The notes under the pieces: model-generated
What the model was told of the DNA's origin: nothing
Seen by the model: the letters and a program-made list of their open reading frames with translations, nothing else
Database searches by the model: none
Position numbers and translations under genes: made by a program
Assembly (NCBI RefSeq): GCF_006345805.1
Contig: NW_021832868.1
Span: forward strand, 28,793-92,792
Reading direction: 5' to 3'
DNA length: 64,000 nucleotides
From: Octopus sinensis
Taxonomy: Eukaryota
Part shown: positions 23,001-34,721 of the stretch, in pieces
How positions within the stretch are numbered: the stretch's first letter is position 1
Layout: the number at the start of each line of letters is the position of its first letter

Positions 23001-24554
23001 TTTCAGCCCATCTCAATGGCATCTCGGGAACTGACGGAAGTCAGTTCGTAGAGACATCGTCCTTTGATACTGTCCAGCAGATATTGTCGTGGGACAAGCG
23101 CTGCCAGCTGGGCATATCAAGGAACGATGCATGCAGGCGAAATTACTGAAGCGGAGATTCTGGCAGCAATCTCCCGAAGTAAGAACACCGCGGCGGGTTT
23201 GGATCGGATCCCGATGGCCATCTTTAAGAAGGCCCCGCCGCGGTTAATCACTGCACTAAAGGTTTTATTTAACGGGAGCTTGCGACTTGGGATGATTCCC
23301 TCCAGGTGGAAAGTGGCTGAGGTAATCCTTATCGGAAAGCCCGGGAAGCCACATGATGTCCCCGGGGGATATAGGCCCATTTCCTTGCTCCCCGCAATAT
23401 CTAAAATCCTAGAAAGAATTATGCACCAAAGGCTCCTGGAGGAGCTGATGGTTGCAGACGCCCTCCCTGAGTTCCAATGGGGCTTCAGGGAGGGCCGCTC
23501 ATGCGGGGACTGCCTTCACAAGGTGTCGTCTGGTATGAAGAACGCCCTCCAGAAAAGGGAATGCGGTATTTTAGTTAGTCTCGACATTGAAAAGGCCTTT
23601 GACTCGGTGTGGCACGACGGCCTCCGGAGTTCCCTTGCCACGTGTGGGGTTTCTCCGTGTCTAAGGCGCTGGCTGTCGGGTTTCTTGAATCTCGCAGGCA
23701 GGTCGTGCGGCATCAGGGGGTCTTTTCTAAAGTCGCAACAGTCCTTCGCGGGGTCCCTCAGGGCTCTGTGCTCAGTCCGACACTATTCAATGTGTTTATG
23801 GCCACTGCGCCTATGCCAGTCAATGCTCGTACTGAAATGGTAATCTATGCAGACGACATTATCCTCTGGGATCACTCAATGAAACCGGAGTGTGCGTGTC
23901 GTAGGCTTCAGGTTGCTGTGGATGGACTTGCAAACTGGTGTGGGAGTAGGGGTCTGAGAATGTGCGCGGACAAGTGCAGTGTCCTTAAAGTCTGTAAAAG
24001 GACGAGGGGTTACACTAATTTTGTTCCTAGGTTATTGCTGAGCGGGTCAGCAATCGCTGCAGTTGATCGGATGACTTATTTGGGCGTGCTCTTTAAGCCG
24101 TCCGGTAAGTTTGATGATCACATTGCACGTACGAAAATGCGTGCAATGCAGCGATTAGGTGCGTTGCGTGCTTTCCGCTTGAGCAGAGGTGCCTGGTTCC
24201 GCGTGTTTAACGCCATGGTGTTACCCGTCTTGACCTATGGCGTCCACGCTTGGTACCTCTATGAGGACAGGGATAAGCATGTTGACGTGCTTAAAAAAGT
24301 AAGAAGACGAGCCATAAGGCTAGCCTATGGCTTAGGATTCCGGACTGAGCTCTCCGACGCCCAGGAATCATCTCTCAAAGGCCTCTCTGAGGTCCTAGAG
24401 AAGATTATTTCTGGATGGCAGGTAAGGCGGTAAGTCTTAACCTGTGGTTGTGTGTAGGGAGGCGTGTGTGAGATGGAGACTGAAAAGGCAGCGATGCCGA
24501 AGGTCTACTTAGTTAGTTTTTAACTCCCTTAACTTATAATGTTTTTTTTTCCCC
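20015..24554 (+). mobile_element. LINE family A, copy A2, starting at H3 ATG (H3 codons 1-28 at 20015-20097; ORF1 to 21822; ORF2 21819-24433)
   Basis: Near-identical to A1 in opposite orientation, with many 1-nt indels. CGGAAT histone-type motif at 19975 upstream. Confidence 0.95.
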
Positions 24555-27500
24555 CACCAATTTGGACAATTTGGACACACGTCCAATTTGGACACACGTC
24601 CCATAAGTGCACCGAAAAAGTTCGTTGCTTGGTCTGTGGTGGCGAACACCGACACAATAGGTGTCCGAACTCAGACCCCAGACCAAATGACCCTGCTGTC
24701 AAGACCTGCATAAACTGCAACAGTCCTGGACACTGGGCATGTTACGGTGGATGCCCACTCGCCAAAGCCGCGTCTGCAGCCTTACGGGCTGTGAGAAATC
24801 CGCCGGCCAGCAACCCAGCTCGCTGGGTGAAAGCCGAACGCACAGAGTCGATCTGGACAAAGAGGCCAGTTGTGAATCCGATCAAGACTGATGTCTGCAT
24901 TCAGACATCGGCGGACTCCGACTTTGATTTTAAACTCGACCCGAAGCCGACGGCTGACTCTTGTTCCAGTACCAGAGCTGGCCGCACGGCTGCTGCTCGC
25001 AAGAAGACAAACACCCCTCCAGACAATATCTCATCGCAAAGAGGTGCCCTCTCGGACGAAGACCTGCACAACAGAGACTCCCTTATGGAATTCTTTCATC
25101 GTTGTGTGGGAGCTCTAACCAAACTTGGTGTGGAACCTGAGGTGCTGCAACGGCTCCTATTAGAGGGGAGCACGCCAGCAAAATAGCCCCAGTCAAAATC
25201 ATCGCTGTGAATGCCCGATCTATCAAGAGACGGCACCAGGACTTCGTTGAGATGGTAAACAGCGGCCATCCAGACATTATTGTCGTCAACGAGTCTAAGC
25301 TCAAAGAAAACCACTCGTACGAACTTCCGGGCTACCGGTCAGTGGACCTAAAATGGGGAAGCTGCTCTACGCCAGGGACTGGCTCGAGCATCTTCTACGC
25401 CGAAAACCTCCAAATCCGTAACCTCACCATCATCGAGAGCACGGTGTGCGAATTCCTCTCTCTTGAGGTGAAAACTGATTCCTTCTGGATAAAGGTCGGT
25501 GGAATATATTGCAAATATCTCCCCCCCTGCATCAGATTGATTGACGAATTCTTCTCAAGCACAGCTCATTGCTTCTTATCGGAGACTTAAACTCGAAGCA
25601 CACGGCGTTTGGATGTCGGTTAACCAACCAAGATGGTCGAACACTGAAGAAGGTCACTGACAAGCTTGGTATTTTCGTCAGGACATCCGAAGACCCGAAC
25701 CACCACTCGCCCTTTGGCGGGGACAACCTGTGCCTGTGCATCTGTTCTCACTCTGTCGCTAACCTTATGGAAAAGCCTACAGTCCTTGACGATATCGGAA
25801 GTGACCACCTACCAATGGAGATCAAAATTCACACTAGCATTGTTAGACAAGAACACATTTCCTCTCACTACAATCTCTCAAAGATCAACTGGCCACACTA
25901 CAGGAGCTCCATAAGTGCATTCCTGCATGACAACGGTCGCCCTGTTGGGTATAACTCAGCCCTCGACATCGACTCCGCAAGCGATAAGCTAAGCAAATTC
26001 ATGCTTCAGTATCTAACGTCGTACGGAGAATTGTCAAGTGCAGACCGCGCACGGAGGACCACTCTGAGCGTGAAAGTGAAGATCATCCTCAACGAAAGGA
26101 AGCGGCTGAGAAATAAACTCAAACGCTGTGTGGACCCAGCTGACAGGGGAAGACTTAGGAACATGATCTCGGAAATTGGTTATAAGGTCCACGTCGCGAC
26201 AAAGCTGGAAGCAGCCAGGAAATGGCAGAAGGCTTGTCAAAACCGACTACAGAAACCCAAATTTCTGGGACTGTTTCCACAAAGTGGCTAACCTCGAAGG
26301 AAAATCCTCACCCCGAGGTTGTGCAACCAGTCTGGTATGCCCGCCTCGCCACAAGAGATGCCAACATATTTGCAGAACACCTGGCCACTATCCAGGAGGC
26401 CAATCCGGAAACGTCGCAAAACCGGGAGTCGGAGCCACTGCCGCGCCCACTGTCGCCGGACCATCACCCGATCACCATTGCAGAGGTGACCTGGGCCATC
26501 CGTTCGTCAAAAGGCAACGCACCGGGCCATGACAAAATACCGATGCGATTGTTTAAGGAAGCACCCGAAGACCTACATGTGTTCCTCGCGGATCTGTTTA
26601 CGGCAAGTCTCAAATGGGGCCATGTGCCGGAAAAATGGAAAATCTCAGAGGTCCGGATGATCAAAAAGCCTGCGAAACCGGTGAATCTCGCTAGCAGCTA
26701 CCGTCCCATAAGCCTAATCCCAACTATCTCAAGGCTGATGGAGAAAATTATGGCCAAGCGCCTCGACTTCCACGCCGAAGAGAAGAAAGTGCTGCTCCCG
26801 CAGCAATGGGGTTTTCGCTCTGGACGTAGCTGCGGTGACTGTTTCATTACGGTACAGTCCACCATCTCGAGAGCAACGGAGTTTAAAGAAACTTTATCTC
26901 TTGTATGTCTGGACATCTCAAAGGCTTTTGACAGCGTCTGGCACAGAGACCTCCTGGAAAGGATCGAACTCTGTGAGCCAACAGCGGAAGTCTTCCTCTG
27001 GATGCGCTGCTTCCTCTCAAATCGCTACTCTTTTATCTCTGAGTCGGGCTTCTTCTCAAGATATATTTCGCTCCGAAGGGGGGTTCCGCAGGGGTCCTGT
27101 CTCAGCCCAATCTTTTTCAATTTGGTAATGAGCAGTTTCCCCACACCCTCCGATCCCAGGACATCCCTACTCCTCTACGCGGACGATGTTCTCGTTCTGG
27201 ACACCTCGATGGACACCAATGCCTCGGAGAAACGACTTGCCGGCTACATTGAGGAGATAAAGAATTGGTGCATTGGTAAGCGACTCTCGCTGGCCATGGA
27301 CAAATCTGCATATCTCCAAATTAACCCAAGAAAGTCGCAAGATCGCAAACCCGGCTCTTTGGTGGAAATTGCTCGCCCTGAGAGCATACGTTACCTGGGG
27401 CTCACAATCGACGCAAACTCGAGATACCATTTGCATTTCAAACGGAGAAAAGGGAAAGCCATCGCCGCTCTCCGACTCCTAAGAAGCATGCACTTGAATA

Positions 27501-27924
27501 CAAATACCTTCCTATTTGTATACCATGCAACAATCTTGCCCAGCCTACTGTATGGTATGGAAGCTTGGTTCTACTCGAAACAATATGAGAAAATTCTGCG
27601 AAAATGCGAAAAAATACGGAGATACGCTCTAAAACTAGCCTATATGCTAAATCCATGGGAGCCTGTCCCAAGCTGGGCGGAGAGCAAGTCTCCAGAGCTA
27701 CGGCAGGCCATCGAGGCTTCTATCCGAACTTTTCGGAAACGCTCTAAAGTAACTGACCTATTCATCGATCGTGGAGAATAGCAGGTGTCCCTGCTCATAG
27801 ACAGACAAAGCGGACGAACCATGGAAGAGCTCGAATGCCCAAAGCAATCGTCTCGTCAAAATTACTTTCCGCACTAATTTTCTGTCTCGCTCTTCTTTCT
27901 TACAATAAAATTCTTCGTTCGTTC
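24555..27924 (+). mobile_element. LINE family C, copy C1 (5'-truncated in ORF1; ORF2 APE-RT ~25186-27781 with frameshifts)
   Basis: CLVCGGEH and CINCNSPGH knuckles; NARSIK, GDLNSKH, GSDHLP, YRPISL, GVPQGSCLSP, YADD. Ends AATAAAATTCTTC(GTTC)2 just upstream of H2B. Confidence 0.93.
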
Positions 27925-27945
27925 GAATATACAAATTTTGTTAAT

Positions 27946-28310
27946 ATTGGCACCTAAAGTTAGCACAAAAGGACAAAAAAGAGCTCCCATTAAAACAAAA
28001 AAATGTTTCCGTCGCTACAAAGAAAAAAAAGAAAAGGAAAACTTTTTCGATATATCTTATGAAAATTTTAAAGACAGTACATAATCAACTTGGGATGTCA
28101 AAGAGGCTATGATGGCTATGGACAGTTTACATTCGATGTTTATGACAAAATAAAAACCGAGGCTTCAAATTTAGTCTATCAGAATTCGAAGGCTACCATT
28201 ACCTCACGTGAAATACAGACTGCAGTTCGTCTGATTCTTCGGGTGAATTGGCAAAACATGCTATTACAGAAGGGTGCAAGGCAGTTACTAAGTACACAAA
28301 TACAAAATAA
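27946..28310 (+). CDS. H2B: Histone H2B, divergent, with several indels (pseudogene or error-prone copy)
   Basis: (M)[60 protein letters not shown]. Confidence 0.88.
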
Positions 28311-28710
28311 CACTTTAAAATAATTTTTATTCATTTGTTCTCTAAATAACTATTGCAACAATCGAAATCTAACTAGTAATTGTTCCTTTGCCATTCGAGA
28401 CCTCCGCAGCCTTCTCAAACATCCAAGTTCTTAAAAGATGTCGGCCTCCTTATAGCTCGGAGAAACATGTATGCACGCGAATCTTCTGGCTGAAACAGAG
28501 GATCTCGGTTACAATCATGCGCGACAACTTGCAAGCTATTCTCTTTGACCGGGATCTGATCGTTCTCTGCTTTTTGTTTAATTGATTAACTAGTAATTTA
28601 GTCTGTAATCTCGCAAAATTCATCAATTTAAGCAATAGTTACAATTATTTGATGGTGCTAATAAAATATTATTTTAAAAATATTTAATTTTTAAAAATGA
28701 TGAGTGAATT

Positions 28711-28800
28711 AACCAAAAAATTTTCGGAATGATACTTTTTTGCATTACTCCAAAAAATTTCGGAATAACGTTGTTTAAAAATTCGGAATAATATAAAACA
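28711..28800 (+). promoter_or_regulatory. Histone-type promoter with three AAATT(T)CGGAAT motifs
   Basis: CGGAAT at 28725, 28761 and 28784, upstream of the H3-like ATG at 28844. Confidence 0.65.
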
Positions 28801-28843
28801 AAAATAACTTGTCTGAATCGGTTCTGTCTGAAATAACAAAAAT

Positions 28844-28891
28844 ATGGCTAGAACACAACAAACTGCTCGAAAATCTACTGGAGCAAAATTT
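28844..28891 (+). pseudogene. H3: H3-like 5' stub (MARTQQTARKSTGAKF)
   Basis: 16 H3-like codons, then joined to the AT-rich repeat. Confidence 0.8.
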
Positions 28892-30126
28892 CTTTGCCAT
28901 CATTGAGATATCCTTTCTGGTATTTACACTGTTTATAAGCTACTAGGTAGAATTGTGTTTTAATTAAAATTATCTTGATTCTTAGTTACCCAATTATTAA
29001 TAGAAAACATAATAAATTGTGGCACGTGTGAGCACTCTTTTTGACCAACCTTGTTGTCCTGTTGCATTATTTGGTCAATCTTTATTTTTTAATTTAATTG
29101 GATTAGAAGGAATATTTTGCGATGTAGTTTCTTTTAATTAATAAATTGTCTGAAATTTCATCATTTTGTAATATTTGCAAGTTTATTCTTTCAATCTGTT
29201 TATTCCACTTATTTTGACATCTGCTTTATCTTTATTTATTGAATTCTACGTTTTTTTTTTGATAGAAAGTTTTATTTTATATATTCTTATAGCAGATTTT
29301 TATTTTTTTAAATTTTGAAAATATTCTTTTATTTTAAAATTGAATGATAATTTGTGACATGGGTTCCTGTTCATTTCTCTTCTTTAACATATTTTATCCG
29401 TTAAATAAAGTTGATTGATTTACCTCGTCTCGATTATTTGATAAAATGTTAATTATTTCAGCGGCCTGATAGAATGGAGATTCGAATTTATCCAATCACA
29501 ACGAAGGGTTTGTTTCATAGTCTTTTTAACTCGAACCTATCTATAATTTTTTTATCTAAACTTATTTCCGACACTAAATTCGTATTTACTATTCTGTCAT
29601 TTATTTTCCTATTCATTGCCTTATAGTAGGCTAAGTTTCCATCAATCGGATTTAAATTTGAATTTTTTGGAATTGGACAATTATTATAGCACTATCGGAA
29701 AAACAAAATTTGGCTAAGGTTGTCGTCAATTATGGTTGTCGCCAATTATGAGTGTGCTCGCTCTACGGAATGGGATTTATAAACAAAATATTAAAACAGC
29801 AATACATAAGAAATTATTTCAAGTACAATGGGCCTTGTTTATCACTTGGTAGTTTTGTAACTCCTCCTTTGTCATCTCTCTCGATCAACCGTGGAGGTCG
29901 ACAACAAAATTGGTATAGAAAGTGTGATCATTGATGTAATGCTCGAACCTCTCATAATAACTATTGAATACTGCAGTGATCTAATAAATATAAACGTTCA
30001 GATCAAATTACTTGAAAAAATTCTTTTAAATTCAGGATGGTCAATGAAATGGCGATAATCAGAATCATATGGATTTATGATTGTTTTGTATTATTATTAT
30101 TTGCAACATACGTAGAATCATATTAG

Positions 30127-30669
30127 TTATAATTTTACTCGTGCAGCATTAAAAACAATCCTTTGAACCAGCCTCCTCCAACCTCCTCTGTCGTGAGCGA
30201 GTTTCCTCAGCTCGTCCAGATCCTCACCACTCCTTAGCCTTTTCTTCACACATTTCAGGTCTCCGTCAAGTGTTTCCGGCAGCGTAACACGTGGACGTCC
30301 ACGGAAGCTCGATCCCTCTTTCAGGAAGTAGCCCTCCATTGCTATGTTAGCTGGGGCAAGCATGTCCATTCGTAGAATATGGCCAAATAACCTCCACCGC
30401 ATATTGACGATTTCCACACTCAGAGGGCCAGTTCTGCATCTATTGTATAGCGATTCCTGGTTGATTCTTATAGGCCAGTTCAATCCCAGTAGGGATCTAA
30501 GTTGCCTGCGGTGAAAAGAATCGAGTCCACGTTGTTCAGTACTAGACATTCCCCAGGTCGCCGAATTATATGTCAGGATTGGTTTGACAAAGGCTTCATA
30601 CATCCTCAGACGAAGTGACGTACACGAAGTGTTTTGTATTAAGTTTTCTAAAAATTTGTTCTTGGGCAA
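30127..30669 (-). mobile_element. RTE-clade LINE 3' fragment
   Basis: RLRMYEAFVKPILTY, RWRLFGHILRM, RGRPR, DRGGWRRLV. Confidence 0.85.
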
Positions 30670-31189
30670 ATTTAAATCAGTTGTTAAGAAAAGAAAATTT
30701 TATTAAAAATATACAAGTGTCCCAAGACTAATTTGACCCACTGTAAATAATTACAAGGAGGACGCGACACTATAAACATCCTCTGGCTCACTCAATTCGT
30801 CCACACTACTATCAAAATGGGTAATGTGGGCTACAAATAAGGGGACAAAGGAAACGTTTGCTAAAGAAATAGTTATCTTCCAAGTCAGAATCGTCTTCTT
30901 CTGATTCCGAATCCACAAACCTCTCGGGATCCACAGCCAACCAGTTCAACTGAACATTACAACAGCACATACTCGACTACGAGTGGACACACACTTCCAG
31001 CGCCCAGGCCAGAACACTTTCAAGTGGGTGATCGAACCCACTTAAATCAGTTGATTCAAAATATTCACCACCATAAACAGGAAGCATTGATTGCATCGCT
31101 CTTTATTTATTAAATATTAAATAACATCCGACATAACCCGATCTTATTAACAAATTTAAATACTTTAAAAAATATACCTTTATTTTATT

Positions 31190-31400
31190 ACTTTTAAAGC
31201 ATTTAACAGTGCTTGCACGGTGTTAGTCGGTATAATGAATAACCAAAAATCAAAACAACGATACCTCCCAAACGGGGTCCCACAAGGATTTTCCTTATAA
31301 CCAATCCTGTTCAATTTATTTACAAGAGATCTCCCAAATCCAAACGACGAAGATACAATCCTTTTATCATACGCTGACAATCTAATTATTGCAGCTCCGA
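31190..31400 (+). pseudogene. Degenerate LINE RT fragment
   Basis: LPNGVPQGFSL*PILFNLF..LLSYADN. Confidence 0.7.
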
Positions 31401-32407
31401 TGCATGTTTATGCCAAAACCAAATTCTTCCAAAAAAATTTTATAAGCTAAAAAAATGTTTTATGTAAATTCAATTTCAAAAAATAATCTGAAATCCCTTT
31501 CCACTAAGTTGAGTTTAAGTAGTCCCGTGACGAAGTTACGCACAACATTCCCATTTGAGTTGATAAGGACATTACTCTTCTCCACAACGTCCAAATAGCA
31601 CATGTTGTTAGAGTACTAGTGTCCTTCAAGAGACGGAATCTCTCACGGAGGTGGAGACTTTAGTAATCCGAGGCTTATGGACAATCAACGACTGGAATTT
31701 TGAAATTGGTTTTATAGAAGGATCCCGGGGTCAGTGATTTGGGGGATCCCTAACGAGTTCCTCTATTAGTTCATATATCAATTGGCAGTTGTCAATTTCG
31801 GGAATTCAGGTAAAATCACAGAAATATTGTTAGAATACACATATTATAGGAATTCAAAGCACTGTATTTGTGTTGGTGTGGATGAGAACGACAACTAGAG
31901 GTGATATTATCACAATAAAATAATAATTATTGTTTTTTATATATAAATAATATATGTCCTCGTCTACGAATATGGGAGAATTGTGTCCTTCCTTGTCGAA
32001 CAGTAAAAGGTGGAATGATCTGATGGACTTTGGGGATATATTGGGGATGTATTAAAGACATATTAGTGGCTAGAGAAGGTTTGGTTACACATTATGGTTA
32101 CACTTTTTTTATATTCAATTATTAATACATTATTTTTACTTTCTTTATTAAGGTTTTCGGGATCAAAAAAACAAAAAAATTAATATTAATGTTATACTCC
32201 TTTGTGTATTTGAACCCACGACGTCTGAGAACTGTTCTCGTTGTCTGAATGATTCATCACAACTTAAAATGAGTTTTCTTAGTTGCCTGTTACTACAACA
32301 GATCTACATTTTAAAAGTAATGTAACATTAAAAAATTATTTGTAATAACTTTAAACATTTATCAATGTTTAATAAAAATTAATTATGTAAATTCTATCTT
32401 AAATTAT

Positions 32408-34605
32408 TTAAGAATCCAGATCGTCAGTGATTTCTCTTCTTCGTTTGGAAGAAGAGTTTGCAACAAAATTCTCATCATTTTCCATTTCTGCGTCAAAGTA
32501 ATTGTTCAACTGAGTGTCCTCACGACATGCCAGCTCCGCAAGTTGATTGGCGGCAGAGGCGTACTCCTCGTTGTCTACCTTCATCCCATGTCTGTGTTCA
32601 ATAAGCATACTCTCTAGAGTCCTCTTCAGCACAACCGACTGGATGTATGTCCTCGTTCCTTCTTCAATGGATAACTTGTCCATATGACTTTTAAAGAACT
32701 TTGAGACAACTCCATCCCATGTCAAGACAATTGGAATAATCTTCACTTTTGCTTCATAGAGAACTGACAGTTCGTTTGCAAGCAGGTCATATTTGTGAAA
32801 TTTCTCCACTTCAACTTGCTTTAAACGGTCTTGCGAGGTAACTCCCACTTCGATTAAATGAATTTCTCTTTTCCTCTTGTCATAAACGAAGATATCAGGT
32901 TTATTGAATTGAACCTTTGTTTCAGTCATAATTGAAGTGTCAACTCTGATTTCGACATTTTGGGTCGACATTGTTGACACGACTGAATGTCCTTTCAATT
33001 TCCTGCTTCGTTTTATTCCATACATTCGACACAAGTGGAGATGAATACACTTTACCACTTCGTTGTGTCTTCGGAGATAATCACTGTTTAGCATCCTACC
33101 ACACCGCGTGGCTAGATGGTCAACAGTCTGCCTGCTTTTTTTGAAGTGGACGCATAGTGATCCCGTGTATGCAAAGAACAAATTCCTATCTTGCAAAAGA
33201 CAGTACAATGCTTCGCTTCGTGGACCATTGTTCCCTTTCGATAGCCATTGCGAAGAAGTAGATATGTCGACATCTGATTCCTCCATACATTTGAACATCA
33301 CCGAGTGTAGTGATTTACTGTTAATTCGGTTAAGCAAGAGTTTCCTTTGTGCGTCCTTCAGTAACTCAATGGTCAGATTTTCCCTGCCGACAGCTGCATA
33401 TTTGGAGACAAGAAATTCTGCGATTGTGGCTAAGTGCCATTTTTTTCCTTTTATTACTCGCAGAATACCCGACCTCCGCAGACAGGTAGTCGACTGTTTT
33501 TCCAAACTTTTAAGAAACTGGAAGAGCATTAATTCGCTTTTGAAAGAAATTGAGGCAAGTCCTCTTCCAATGGTCTTGCGGTCCAAATACAACCTCTCCT
33601 TATTTGCAGGCTGGAGGTGTAACTTGAGAGTCGTAAGTAATCGGCGTATTTGTTGGTCAATCTCATCAAATTCGTAAGGTTCGATATTGATTAGCCCAAT
33701 ATAATAATTATATAGGGATAATGCATATTCATTGATTCCACGAAACAAATTTACAGCATTCAGGTTTGTTTTTGACAACATAGTTATCCTCTTCTTGACA
33801 TTCTCCAATATGGAGTCCATAACTTTATTCTTGAGAACATTACTTCCGCCATCTTCAAGTACACCCAAGTAGCGATATCCGTTGATTCCATCGACAGTCT
33901 CACAGCATGATAAAGATTCCACATTAGATGCTGATTTTTCGGAATTCATCTCTAGGCCGACACTTTCAAAAAATCCATTAACAGCCTCCATCATTTTGAC
34001 TAACACATCTTCTTTGAGGGCAACTATTTTCAGATCGTCAATAAAGAAGAAATGATTGGTGGAGTATGTCAAAATATTGGGATCTTCCCGACTAATTTCG
34101 AGTTTGGGAAACATGGAGTTAAGCATCCTGCTTAGGGGATCCATCGCCATAACGAATAGCAGCGGGGACAATGAATCTCCTTGGAGTATTCCCCGGCTTA
34201 ACTTTACTTTCCCAATTCTTTTCCCATCGATATGTAAGTTTACTGTCCACTTCTTGACTATATTCTTTACAAAGCTGACAATCCAATGTGGTATTCCAGA
34301 GCAATCCAATACGTGGAACAAGAACTCGTGATCAACTGAGTCAAATGCCTTCTTCACATCGACCCAAGCAGAATAGAGGCCATTTCCATACTCCTTATTT
34401 AAGCATTGGTTAATGAGGGCTTGCTCTTTGGCGCCTTGACATTGCTTCCTCGTCCAAAGCTGATTATCTGAGATTAAGCCAAATGCCTCGATGAAATCGG
34501 CCAGTTTGGCATTAACACATTTGGTGACAAGTTTATACAAAGTTGGCATACACGTTATAGGGCGTAAGTCCTTCGGGGTCTCACACTCACTTTTTTTAGG
34601 AAATC
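32408..34605 (-). mobile_element. 5'-truncated RLE-type non-LTR retrotransposon (R4/NeSL-like), RT + restriction-like endonuclease
   Basis: [64 protein letters not shown]. Confidence 0.9.
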
Positions 34606-34612
34606 GTATATT

Positions 34613-34701
34613 GTAATTCCTTGTATATTGTCAATTAATATCTTTCGAAATCGTTTTGCACCACTCTTTCCTCCTTTGCCACCTTTACCACGTCCAGACA
34701 T
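34613..34701 (-). pseudogene. H4: Histone H4 5' fragment (codons 1-30) between LINE B3 and the RLE element
   Basis: [30 protein letters not shown]; identical to the other H4 5' ends. Confidence 0.92.
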
Positions 34702-34721
34702 TAGGAAAAATTCTCTAAATT

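Noticed and set aside
28388-28635. Short ORFs after H2B as a possible H3 or H1
   Set aside because: No histone-fold or H1 motifs on either strand.
31020-31045. tRNA T-arm-like GTGGGTTCGATCACCCAC (minus); similar GGGTTCAAAT near 32210
   Set aside because: No acceptor stem, D-arm or anticodon arm could be built; at most SINE or tRNA debris.
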